A DNA stretch of 64,000 nucleotides from an uncultured Gammaproteobacteria bacterium (lineage in GTDB: Bacteria; Pseudomonadota; Gammaproteobacteria; JAURND01): NCBI GenBank assembly GCA_963714975.1, contig CAVQQD010000002.1, forward strand, positions 800,001-864,000, given 5' to 3'. The notes beneath the pieces were generated by a model. The model saw only the letters and a program-made list of their open reading frames with translations. It was not told where the DNA came from and searched no databases. This document shows positions 9,004 to 18,569 of this stretch, one piece after another; position 1 is the stretch's first letter; every line of letters begins with the position of its first letter. The position numbers and the translations under genes were made by a program.

Positions 9004-10590
9004 TTACACTAAGGTTTCTGCTTTCTTTTGATTATACAAGTGCTGCAAGTATTGATATTGAGAAGGCAGTTTTTCTGCTAATTCACCTGACTTGATTTGG
9101 ATTTCTTGTATAAGTTGTTCGCCTCTTTGCATAATATCATGGCGAAAATTAAGAATAGGCATAGCAGTATGGGGTAATTGACCGACGCCACATAAAATAC
9201 ATTGGTAATTAGTGTTTGTCCAAAAGGTTTCAAATTGAGCTGCGAAAGAGCTATACAGCTCATTATCGGGTTGTGTGCTTTGTCGAATAGGGAGCCCAGC
9301 TTTTTGACGATTCAATGTTTGCTGTAAATATTCAGGCATTTTTGTTTCGTACTTATTAGCCTTCCAAAATGGTGTGTCTTCACGTTGCGCAGTTTTAAAG
9401 TGCATGATAATAAAATTTTTCACATCTTCAACCATATAGGATATTTTTTGATTAAATTTATCCCGATAGACTGGATCAATATTTTTATTGGGGAAATTTT
9501 TAATTAATTGATAGAGTGCTGCGTAAATAAAGTAAATTCCAGTAGATTCCAGAGGTTCCAAAAAGCTACTAGATAGCCCAATGCCCACGCAATTGTTTAC
9601 CCAGGCATGGCGGCGTCTACGCGATTGAAATTTAATGAAACGAATTTTTGCTTGCTCGCCGCGTTTGCCAAAAAATGCTCTCACTTCTTTTTCTGCTTCA
9701 TCGTCGCTAATAAATTGGCTGGAATAGACATAGCCATTTCCTGTACGATAAAATAACGGAATTTCCCATACCCATCCCGCCTTAAGAGCGGTTGCTGAAG
9801 TAAAAGGGCGAATACCTTTAATTTCAGCAGATTCTTCAAAATTAATCGAAATTGCACGATCGGTTAATAAGCTTTCTTCAAATGAAACTATGGGCTCATG
9901 TAGAGTTTTTTCAATTAAAAACCCATTAAACCCTGAGCAATCAATAAATAGGTCTGCAGCATATTTTTTTCCAGATTCACTTACCACGCATTTAATATTC
10001 CCTTGTTCATCTAATTCAACATGCGTCAAATTATCAGACACATAATTAATTCCATGCTTAATCGACCATTTTTGTAAAAAATTAGCTAGTAATAGTGCGT
10101 CAAAATGGTATGCATAATGCTGTACTGGCGTGCCATTTAAAAATTTAGGAGATTTATTGAGTTCCCACGCTTTAGCAGTCGAAAAGCAGGCATGGTCCAT
10201 GGGAATATTAAAATTCTCTTCTAGTCGTTTTTTAATCCATATATGAGTTAATGGCACTTCGTCAATCGTTGGAACTTCACCGAAATTATGATGATAGCTA
10301 TCACCTCCAGTTTCAGGAGGGATTTTCCAATTAATAAATTTTACTCCCAGTTTGTAAGTGGCTTGACAACTTGGCATCCATTCTTCTTCCGAAAGTCCCA
10401 AGTGATCAAAAAATTCTGTTTTTATTGTAGGGATGGTAGCTTCTCCTACACCAATTCTAGGAACAGAGGGAGACTCGATAACAGTTATATTAACTTTAAA
10501 GCCTAAAGATTTTCCGATGTAAGCAGCAGACATCCAGCCGGAGCTTCCACCACCAACAATAATAATATTCTGAATTTTTTCTTGTTCCAT
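9004..10590 (-). CDS. Flavin-dependent tryptophan halogenase (PrnA/RebH-like)
   Basis: GGGSSG, GVGEATIP, catalytic Lys in ATYKLGVKF, WVWEIP (WxWxIP), FLEPLESTGIYFIYAALYQL. Confidence 0.95.
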   Translation of the reverse strand: MEQEKIQNIIIVGGGSSGWMSAAYIGKSLGFKVNITVIESPSVPRIGVGEATIPTIKTEFFDHLGLSEEEWMPSCQATYKLGVKFINWKIPPETGGDSYHHNFGEVPTIDEVPLTHIWIKKRLEENFNIPMDHACFSTAKAWELNKSPKFLNGTPVQHYAYHFDALLLANFLQKWSIKHGINYVSDNLTHVELDEQGNIKCVVSESGKKYAADLFIDCSGFNGFLIEKTLHEPIVSFEESLLTDRAISINFEESAEIKGIRPFTSATALKAGWVWEIPLFYRTGNGYVYSSQFISDDEAEKEVRAFFGKRGEQAKIRFIKFQSRRRRHAWVNNCVGIGLSSSFLEPLESTGIYFIYAALYQLIKNFPNKNIDPVYRDKFNQKISYMVEDVKNFIIMHFKTAQREDTPFWKANKYETKMPEYLQQTLNRQKAGLPIRQSTQPDNELYSSFAAQFETFWTNTNYQCILCGVGQLPHTAMPILNFRHDIMQRGEQLIQEIQIKSGELAEKLPSQYQYLQHLYNQKKAETLV

Positions 10591-10626
10591 AAGGGGTACT
10601 CCTATTTTGATTCGAAAATAATGGCA

Positions 10627-10719
10627 CGTTGTCCCTGCACGGAAGCAGGGATCCAGTCTTCAGGATGCAAAAGCTTCACGTCCTTGTTGCCTGGATCCTG
10701 GCATCCGTGCCAGGACGAC
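10627..10719. repeat. CGTC-type palindromic repeat
   Basis: GTCCCTGCACGGAAGCAGGGATCCAG ... CTGGATCCTGGCATCCGTGCCAGGACGAC; homologous to 25923-26016. Confidence 0.8.
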
Positions 10720-11785
10720 AGCGGTGCGTTAAGACATTAATTACTCTGTTGTTTTCATTTTTGTTTCCTAAGGTAATTCTAGCCGTGTTATGAAGCTCCT
10801 CAGGGCGCCACAGTACTTTAATGTTAGCATCATTAAAGCGATCAATTATTGTATGAGCATCAGTGAATTCGATGCAGATAAAATTAGTTTCACTAGAATA
10901 AATTTTTTTAATTAATGGAGAATTTTTAATTGCGTCTATAACCCGTATTCGTTCTTGTCGTATTTGTTCAATTCCATGATGTAGAAGTTCTGGATGATTC
11001 AGTTGTTGTTGTAACATATTCTCAATTGGACCCGGCATGTTATATGGAGGCTGGACCCGTTTCAGCGTGTCTATAATTTTTTCATTAGCAATTAATGCGC
11101 CAACCCGAAGGCTTGCCATTCCTAATGCCTTAGAACAAGTTCTAAGTATAATCAAATTAGGGTATTCTAATATTTTATTTAAATAGGAAGGCTTTTTTGA
11201 AAATTCGACATAAGCCTCATCAATAATAATTAGATTTGAAAATTTATCTAAAATGTTGATTATATTTTCGGGATTAATTCGCGATCCTAATGGATTATTG
11301 GGGTCACACAGTAACAAAAGTTTTGCCTTGTGGTTAATTATTTTTGTAATGGGTAATTGTGCTCCGTCAAGTTCAAGGTCGAACAGAACGGGGTGAATTC
11401 TATATAATTGAGCCCAATGGATAAAGGCACTAAAAGTAGGTGGAGTTAGGATTACTTCGTCCAGATTGGGTTCAGCAAATGCCTTAAATACTAGGTCTAA
11501 TGCATCGACAGCACCAGTAGAAAATAAAATATTACGAAAATTAAGTGGATTATCCTTAATAGGGAGGCTTTGAGTTTTTTGATCAAGTTTCCAAATAAAA
11601 TCTAGGTAATGTTGTTTAATACTTCTTTGATGAAGATCAGGGTAATGTTTAAAGGTCCCACCGAATGCATTAGTATTATTATTTAATAGCAACTGTGCGT
11701 TGTCAAAAACTTGATTTTCAGCTAGCGGTCCGGGGAAAGATAATTTTTTAACATTTTTTCTAGAAAGTTCATGAGCATTACTCAT
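10676..11785 (-). CDS. HisC-like class I/II PLP aminotransferase (outside any his operon)
   Basis: CDPNNPLG, DEAYVEF, LRTCSKALGMASLRVG (PLP lysine), ARIT. Confidence 0.88.
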   Translation of the reverse strand: MSNAHELSRKNVKKLSFPGPLAENQVFDNAQLLLNNNTNAFGGTFKHYPDLHQRSIKQHYLDFIWKLDQKTQSLPIKDNPLNFRNILFSTGAVDALDLVFKAFAEPNLDEVILTPPTFSAFIHWAQLYRIHPVLFDLELDGAQLPITKIINHKAKLLLLCDPNNPLGSRINPENIINILDKFSNLIIIDEAYVEFSKKPSYLNKILEYPNLIILRTCSKALGMASLRVGALIANEKIIDTLKRVQPPYNMPGPIENMLQQQLNHPELLHHGIEQIRQERIRVIDAIKNSPLIKKIYSSETNFICIEFTDAHTIIDRFNDANIKVLWRPEELHNTARITLGNKNENNRVINVLTHRCRPGTDARIQATRT

Positions 11786-12728
11786 ATTTTTTCTCCTTAT
11801 CCATTAATGAGTAAACTCTTGAGGAAAAAGCGTCTACCATTTTCCAAGATTCTTCCAATACTTCATTGATACGTTTTGCTGTGTGTAAATTTTCTATTAA
11901 CAATGGTTGTTCGTCATTTAAATTTGTTTTTATTAGGTTGAATGTTGTCGGAAATTTTATGTTAGTAATTTCATAAGATTCGCAAATATTAATAAATAAG
12001 TTAGTAACAGGTTTTGTGATTAAATGATTAATGGCTATTTTTTCCATTTGATCTAAAATGAGTGTTTGATAAATGAACCATTCTGCTAGAGATTCTAAGG
12101 TCAAGTCAAAAGATTTTTCTTCTATTGTCTGTCTTGAGAGGAAAGGTTCTTGACATTTGTTAAACCAAATTTGTATAGCATTAGAAAATATTTCTCGTTT
12201 TTTTAAATTATTTAACAGTCCAGATTTAATTTTTTTAAAGAGAAGATTAGAATAAAATTGATTTATATATTTTTGGTTTTTTTTAAGTGTTTGTGTCAAA
12301 ATTAATTTTTGCTTTGAGTTTGTTTTTGCTGTTGTATAAGTATCTTGATAAAACTCATTGCCTAATTGGATGCATACACTATGCAAACCTTTTGGGCCAG
12401 CAATGAAGGAGTGAGATTGTCCAGCTGGAATTAATACTGTATCACCTTCTTTTATTTTAGTATAAGAGTTTTCTCCAATAAATTTACCACTTCCAGAAAT
12501 AAACAATAATAGATGTGGAAATAAATTTTCATGGAGCGGCATAGTATGATCGGGTTTTAAATATCCTATGTTAATGGATAATGCAGAAATAGATGGTAAA
12601 ATTTTATGTAAGGATTCGTGCCATGTCAAATCCCTAAACTGTCCTATATGGTGGATTTTTCCTTGAAGTTCTATCCATTCTACAGGTGCTATATCCATTA
12701 ACTTTAAATGAATAATTTTTTTGGTCAT
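11778..12728 (-). CDS. Cupin plus degenerate heme-oxygenase-like domain fusion
   Basis: Cupin GDTVLIPAGQSHSF. The C-terminal helical domain aligns with 12753-13460 (WFIYQTLILDQMEK vs WFCYQMFVLDNIEK) but lacks the His/Glu ligand motifs. Confidence 0.75.
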   Translation of the reverse strand: MTKKIIHLKLMDIAPVEWIELQGKIHHIGQFRDLTWHESLHKILPSISALSINIGYLKPDHTMPLHENLFPHLLLFISGSGKFIGENSYTKIKEGDTVLIPAGQSHSFIAGPKGLHSVCIQLGNEFYQDTYTTAKTNSKQKLILTQTLKKNQKYINQFYSNLLFKKIKSGLLNNLKKREIFSNAIQIWFNKCQEPFLSRQTIEEKSFDLTLESLAEWFIYQTLILDQMEKIAINHLITKPVTNLFINICESYEITNIKFPTTFNLIKTNLNDEQPLLIENLHTAKRINEVLEESWKMVDAFSSRVYSLMDKEKKYE

Positions 12729-12752
12729 GTGGAACCTCCAAAGATTACTCCA

Positions 12753-13789
12753 TTAATCTTTTTGATCAGATAAAACCGCAATACGATTCAGCATGATATT
12801 TAGCATCTCCCAGCCTTTATCGATAACCTGGTGCAATCGTCGATAAGTAAGCGCATCTTGACCCTTAAGTAATTTTTTCCCCATTTGTGCATGTTCATCA
12901 TCTCCTTCCCCGTGAATATCGAAATAATTTGAATGAACATTTTTTCCTACTTTTTCCTTAGCCCAGTTTCCATAATAAGATCCTCCTGTTTCAAGGATTA
13001 AGTGGATTAGAGCAGTTTTTTCTATATTATCTAATACAAACATTTGATAGCAAAACCAACTAGAGCTTGCATGTAAAATAGGATCTTTAATAACATGCTT
13101 GTTTTCACGATTTGCAAGTAATTCATTATGCCCAAATTCTTCTTGAAGATGTTTTAGAAATAGTGGTATGTATGTTTTGTCTTCACAAGTTGCTTCTCTA
13201 CTAAACATAATGAGCTGAAAATAATCAGAAAATACCTGGACGCAATCTAAGAATCGTTGTTTTTTAAGAGAACTTAAGTGCGTTTTGTTTTTCAGAAGAC
13301 TGAAAAATTCATTGTTCAAGGTTTTTTTTAAGCGTAATTGATTGTGCAATAATAATCCATCAAAGGTAAGCGCATATGATTTATAATTATCGACAGGTGT
13401 TTTGTTTTTTTTAAATGTTTTGAGATTAAGTTGTATTTGTATGCCTTGTAGCCCTTCCACACTAATTTTATTGAAGCCATAAGGGCATTGCTGTGGGATC
13501 AGTAGTATGTCACCAGCACAGATTTTCGGATCTTAGTGCCTATAAGATTAGCTGATCCCTGATATATATAAATCAGGGTACCTAGCGGTTCAGTTCTAAT
13601 TGCTAATTCATTATTTTTTTGGCCAAAAATCCAAGAAACATTAAATTGCTTGTTATTAGGTAATAATTTTTTAAGGATAGCATGATGATGCAGAGTTTTT
13701 ATATTTCTTATACTTGGAATTTGTTCTTGATGAATAATTTTTGATTTTTCAAGCGTTACACTAGTCATTTTTTCCATAAACAACTCCAT
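12753..13789 (-). CDS. Cupin plus heme-oxygenase-like diiron oxidase (HDO) fusion, split by a 1-bp frameshift near 13525
   Basis: ORFs 13499-13789 and 12753-13460 join if one A is added to the A-run at 13523-13526, giving KICAGDILLIPQQCPYGF. HDO-type ligands HLQEEFGH, HLILE and HGEGDDEH (HxxxDxxH). Confidence 0.8.
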
Positions 13790-13829
13790 GTGTAGTCGTA
13801 ACTACTTACGCCATAGCCAGCTCAGTTCC

Positions 13830-13870
13830 GTCGTCCCGCTCCCGCGATCAAGTCGCGGGAGCGGGACGAC
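13830..13870. repeat. Nested CGTC-type hairpin repeat
   Basis: GTCGTCCCGC-TCCCGCGA-TCAAG-TCGCGGGA-GCGGGACGAC, a perfect hairpin. Confidence 0.8.
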
Positions 13871-13877
13871 AATAATG

Positions 13878-15164
13878 CTAGTAATAAATATATTTTTTTT
13901 CTTTTTTATATAATAAATTATACAATGGTGAGGTGATCATTGTCGTAATAATTGCCATAGTAACTAATATTGTAAATAAAGCGTGAGTTATAATGTGTTG
14001 TTGGAGCCCTATGTTGAGCACTATTAGCTCCATAAGGCCTCTTGTGTTCATGAGAATTCCTATTCCTATAGAGTCACGCCAGTTTATACCGGTAATTTTA
14101 GCTGCAAACATTGTGCTTAACCCTTTTCCTAGTATAGCAGTTAATAAGACGACTGCTAAAAGGCCTAACAAATCTATTGAATTTATTAAATTGATTTGTG
14201 TGTTTAGGCCTGAAAATACGAAAAATATGGGCAGTAATAATGAATTAGTGACATGTTCGAGTTTTTGTTTTATCTTAATACTCAAATCTCTAGCTCTAGG
14301 GATAATAATCCCAGCTATAAAAGCACCAAATACCGAATATGTTCCAGCATGATCAGTAAACCAAGAGCAAATCATTAACCCTGCTAAAATTGTTCCTAAT
14401 GTTGCATTAGAGTTTAATTTAATTTTATCGAACACGGAAAAAAATTTTCCTAGAGGTTTTTTTATTAATAACATAACCACTATAAACGACGTTGTTCCGA
14501 GTATAGCTAATAATGCAATGTTTATATTGCTTTTTAGACCACTTAATAAAATGGCGAAAATAATCCATGCTAACAAGTCACCTAATGTACCAGCAGACAA
14601 GGCAATTAATCCCAGTTCGGTATGTACCGCATTTTTTTCCTCTAAAATGCGTGCTAGTATAGGCAGAGCAGTAATTGAAAGTGCAGTACCAAGAAAGATA
14701 CTTTTAGATATATCAGAAATTGATTCATTGAATAAATTAAGCTGACTAGGTAAATATAGAAATAATACTACGCCCAATAAAAATGGGATACATGTTCCTA
14801 TGCTGGCAATAAAAGCTGCTGATTTGTATTGATTTTTTAAAATTTTAATATCAAGTTCTAAACCGACCTGAAACATATATAATACAATTCCTATCTGACT
14901 TATGGAAAATAATATTGACATTGATGGATTGGGGATCGTCTTATGGTTTGCCAGCAAGTATTCTGTAGTTGGGAAAATCCAGCTATGTAAATCAGGGAAG
15001 AGTAATCCGAAGAATGAGGGTCCTAATAAAATTCCGGCGACCATTTCACATATTACATTAGTTTGTGAAAAAAATTTATTACCAATATAACTGATAGCCC
15101 TGCAAAAAAATAAAATTATAGCAAGTTGGATAAAAAGTCTTAGTATTAAATCAGAATAAGACAT
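13878..15164 (-). CDS. Cation:proton antiporter (CPA2/KefB-like, of the type found in halogenase clusters)
   Basis: EMVAGILLGPS, SITALPILARIL, FGAFIAG, LLPIFFVFSGL, LMNTRGLMELIVLNIG. Confidence 0.92.
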   Translation of the reverse strand: MSYSDLILRLFIQLAIILFFCRAISYIGNKFFSQTNVICEMVAGILLGPSFFGLLFPDLHSWIFPTTEYLLANHKTIPNPSMSILFSISQIGIVLYMFQVGLELDIKILKNQYKSAAFIASIGTCIPFLLGVVLFLYLPSQLNLFNESISDISKSIFLGTALSITALPILARILEEKNAVHTELGLIALSAGTLGDLLAWIIFAILLSGLKSNINIALLAILGTTSFIVVMLLIKKPLGKFFSVFDKIKLNSNATLGTILAGLMICSWFTDHAGTYSVFGAFIAGIIIPRARDLSIKIKQKLEHVTNSLLLPIFFVFSGLNTQINLINSIDLLGLLAVVLLTAILGKGLSTMFAAKITGINWRDSIGIGILMNTRGLMELIVLNIGLQQHIITHALFTILVTMAIITTMITSPLYNLLYKKEKKYIYY

Positions 15165-15212
15165 TGGAAGTTACCTTTAGGCCACTGTTCAAGCCATAAC
15201 CAGCTTCACCAT

Positions 15213-15260
15213 GTCGTCCCCCGCGGACAATCCCGCGATCAAGTCGTGAGAGCAGACGAC
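15213..15260. repeat. Degenerate CGTC-type repeat
   Basis: GTCGTCCCCCGCGGACAATCCCGCGATCAAGTCGTGAGAGCAGACGAC; related to 13830-13870. Confidence 0.7.
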
Positions 15261-15276
15261 GGTGTGAGTAGTTACT

Positions 15277-16707
15277 CTATATTTCAAATTTTTGGGCTTC
15301 TCTTTCATATAAGCCTTCAAAGCGAACTACATCATCATCATTTATGTAACTCCCCATTTGTATCTCTAAAATTTCAAGAACTTCTTCTGAAGTATTTTCA
15401 ATACTATGCAGCATTTTTGGTGGAATATAAGTTGATTGGTTTTCATTTAAAAATAAAATTTCATCGCCACGGGTAATTTTAGCTTGCCCAGAAATGACAA
15501 CCCAATGTTCTCCTCGGAAGCGATGCATCTGCAAAGCAATGCAACCTCTGGGCAAAATACAGACATTTCGGATTTGATAATTAGTGTTAGATTCAATTAT
15601 TTTATAATGACCCCAAATGCGAAATACTTGCTGCGACATAGTTGCCTCAGGGCGATTTTTTTTCTCTAGTATTTTTACCATATTAGCAATTTCTTGGCTT
15701 GATTCTTTATCTGCAACTAAAATTACATCAGGAGTATCTACTACTACGATATCCTTAACTCCTACCGCAGCTATTAAACGCTTATCCGACCTTAAGTAAG
15801 AGTTTTTAGAATTCAATGCAACAACATTACCAATCGTAACATTTTGATCTTTATCTTTTTGAGTAATCTTATAAAGTGACTTCCAATTTCCTATATCAAT
15901 AAATTTGGTATTTAATTTTGTGGTCACAATATTTTGTGATTTTTCCATTACTGCATAGTCTATGGATATATCAGGGGCTTTTTCAAAGTCATCTCGATTG
16001 ACAAGTAATTTTTTGTTTTGTAACGTTTGATATTTTATTGCCTCTTTACAAGCATGAAATATTTTTGGAGAATGTTTTTCAAGTTCTTCTAAAATTACCG
16101 AAGCACGAAACATGAAAATTCCAGAATTCCACGTATATTTATCTTGGGTAAGGAATTTTTTTGCTGTTTGTAAATCTGGTTTTTCAATAAAACCATTAAC
16201 ATTGAATACATCATTGTTTGAAAAAACTTCTCCAGATTCGAGGTAACCGTAGTTCATATCGGCGTGATTAGGTTTCACACCAAAAGCAACTATTTTATTT
16301 TCTGTAGCCGCTTGTTTGGTTTTTTGAATCGCTTGGACTAATTTACGTGGATTTTGAATATAATGATCGATTGGCATTACTAATAAGATAGGATCTTTGA
16401 AATACTGTTTGGCACATAAAGCTGCAAGCGTAACAGCTGCAGCACTTCCACGGGCTACAGGTTCTAGAATTAAACATGAATAATCAAAATTTAATTCACG
16501 TACTTGTAAATCAATTATATAACGTCGGTTAAAATTACAAACAATAATGGGTGCTTTGATTTCCGAAAATTCTCGCAATCGTTCCAAAGTATTTTGCAAT
16601 AAAGATTTTTCATTATATAAAGACAATAATTGCTTAGGGTGTTGTTCGCGCGACAATGGCCATAAACGTTTTCCAAAACCACCAGACAATATGACAGGAA
16701 GGATCAT
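15277..16707 (-). CDS. manC: Mannose-1-phosphate guanylyltransferase/mannose-6-phosphate isomerase
   Basis: ILSGGFGKRLWPLSR..PKQ, FIEKP, WNSGIF, ISIDYAVMEK, C-terminal cupin LQMHRFRGEHW. Confidence 0.93.
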   Translation of the reverse strand: MILPVILSGGFGKRLWPLSREQHPKQLLSLYNEKSLLQNTLERLREFSEIKAPIIVCNFNRRYIIDLQVRELNFDYSCLILEPVARGSAAAVTLAALCAKQYFKDPILLVMPIDHYIQNPRKLVQAIQKTKQAATENKIVAFGVKPNHADMNYGYLESGEVFSNNDVFNVNGFIEKPDLQTAKKFLTQDKYTWNSGIFMFRASVILEELEKHSPKIFHACKEAIKYQTLQNKKLLVNRDDFEKAPDISIDYAVMEKSQNIVTTKLNTKFIDIGNWKSLYKITQKDKDQNVTIGNVVALNSKNSYLRSDKRLIAAVGVKDIVVVDTPDVILVADKESSQEIANMVKILEKKNRPEATMSQQVFRIWGHYKIIESNTNYQIRNVCILPRGCIALQMHRFRGEHWVVISGQAKITRGDEILFLNENQSTYIPPKMLHSIENTSEEVLEILEIQMGSYINDDDVVRFEGLYEREAQKFEI

Positions 16708-16742
16708 CCATTTTACTCCTATTAATTGGCTTCTATTAGGCG

Positions 16743-18560
16743 TTATTGTAACGCCTTGCTAATACCATGCTCAGTTTTATCCCAATAATTTGGTTTAAAA
16801 AATAATTGGTATAAGGCCCTATAACTTGCAATCGACATAAATAGCCAGTAAATAGGGGCAGTTAGAGCATGAAAAATTAAATAATATTTTTTCCTACGTA
16901 AGGCAGCAATTAGATTCAGAAGTATCATAATAAATAGCCCACCAATGAAATTAAAGAGTGCAATTTTTAATACTATCGGCGGAAATATTTGTTCTACGTA
17001 TTCTTTGTTAAGAAAAAAATAGCTAATAAAAAATATCCATAGTAACACATTTGCTAAATTACTTACAAAAGTACCTCCTACGAATAACTGAAATCCAATA
17101 AAGCCTTTTGTGCCTATTGCTCGCCATAACTTAAATGGATTACGCATGTGGACAAGGTAGGTCTGCATATAACCTTTGATCCATCGAGAACGCTGTTTTA
17201 TCCAATTATAGAGCTTGGTATTTGCTTCTTCATAGGTGGTTGACGGCATCACTTTTTCTTTATAGCCGAGACGATTAAGACGAATACCAATATCAGCATC
17301 TTCAGATACGTTGTAAGGGTCCCAAGCACGGATTTTTTTTAAACATTCAGTTTTAAAATGGTTGCTAGTACCCCCTAGAGGAATGGGCGCCCCAACATAT
17401 TCTAAAGCTGGAAGCATATAATCAAACCAATAAGAGTACTCGAGAGTGAACATTTTAGTTAACCAATTATCATTTGAATTGTAAAAATTTAAGCAGCATT
17501 GCACGCAGGCTAATTTTTGTTCATTCTCTCCATGGAATACGGCAAGAGCTTTTTTTAATTGCAAAGGATCTGGCTTATCTTCCGCGTCATAAATTGTCAG
17601 ATATTCGCCGCGTGCAAATTTTAAACCATAATTACAGGCCTTTGCTTTAGTCCGTGGAAGTTTATTTGGTATGTAAATGAATTCATAACATCCTGAAATG
17701 TGGAGATTTTTTAATATCTCAATTGTCTCAGTATCGTCGGACTCTAAAAGTATTTTAATATCAAGTTTGTGTTTTGGATAATCTAAATTGTTTAAATTAT
17801 TAATTAAAGCTTTTAAAATTACTTCTTTTTCTTGGTAAAGGGGGATTAAAACAGTATAAATGGGGAGGTTTTTAAGGTTAGCTTCTACTTGAGTAATGTC
17901 GATTTTGCGTGACAAAAACATCCCAATTAATGTTAACAAAAATTTGTAGATTAAAATACCAAACAAAATGAACGACAGAACTAGGTTGAATACGAGTAAA
18001 GTTCGCAGTGGATTAATACTCAAACAACTTACCAGGAAAATAAAAAAAATTGCTAGAAAAATTTTATGCCAGGTGCAAAAGGTTTTTTTGGCACTAAGAG
18101 ATTGATTACTTGTGTTTAATTCTGATATGGATTCCTCGATATAAGTTTCATCAAATACTTTTTGTAATGTCCATAAGATGTCAAATTTAGACGTGCATAC
18201 AATTTCTGCATTTCCACCCCATTCGGCATGAATAAGCTCAAAAGTTTCATCGCTAGGATTGGCTGTGGCAACTACTATTTGATGACCAGTTTGCTTAATA
18301 GGCAATACTAATTGAGAAAAATACATATTCCGTTGCTTAGACAATAGCAAATTTTGATCAATCTCAGTGTGGATTAGGTCAACAAATTTTAGTTGAAAGT
18401 GAGAGGCGATCGCTTGGTAATAGTCTAATGATCGCAGATTTTTTATTGAAAATAAAATATCTCCTAATTTTCCTCCAATTTTTTTTTGCGTTTCCAAGGC
18501 CAATTCAATTTCATCATTGCTTGCGAGTCCCTTTTTTACAAATATCTCACCAAGTTTCAT
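16743..18560 (-). CDS. Processive GT2 glycosyltransferase with an N-terminal MshEN-type c-di-GMP-binding domain
   Basis: N-terminus KLGEIFVKKGL..ALETQKKIGGKLGDIL (tandem MshEN motif); YDAED, SEDAD and QRSRW; several TM helices. Confidence 0.88.
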   Translation of the reverse strand: MKLGEIFVKKGLASNDEIELALETQKKIGGKLGDILFSIKNLRSLDYYQAIASHFQLKFVDLIHTEIDQNLLLSKQRNMYFSQLVLPIKQTGHQIVVATANPSDETFELIHAEWGGNAEIVCTSKFDILWTLQKVFDETYIEESISELNTSNQSLSAKKTFCTWHKIFLAIFFIFLVSCLSINPLRTLLVFNLVLSFILFGILIYKFLLTLIGMFLSRKIDITQVEANLKNLPIYTVLIPLYQEKEVILKALINNLNNLDYPKHKLDIKILLESDDTETIEILKNLHISGCYEFIYIPNKLPRTKAKACNYGLKFARGEYLTIYDAEDKPDPLQLKKALAVFHGENEQKLACVQCCLNFYNSNDNWLTKMFTLEYSYWFDYMLPALEYVGAPIPLGGTSNHFKTECLKKIRAWDPYNVSEDADIGIRLNRLGYKEKVMPSTTYEEANTKLYNWIKQRSRWIKGYMQTYLVHMRNPFKLWRAIGTKGFIGFQLFVGGTFVSNLANVLLWIFFISYFFLNKEYVEQIFPPIVLKIALFNFIGGLFIMILLNLIAALRRKKYYLIFHALTAPIYWLFMSIASYRALYQLFFKPNYWDKTEHGISKALQ

Positions 18561-18569
18561 TACATTCTC

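Noticed and set aside
10676-11785. Housekeeping hisC
   Set aside because: No other his genes are nearby, the motifs are divergent, and the gene is translationally coupled to the cupin-HDO paralogue.
9004-15164. Pyrrolnitrin (prnABCD) cluster
   Set aside because: Only a PrnA-like gene and an antiporter are present; there is no PrnB, PrnC or Rieske PrnD.
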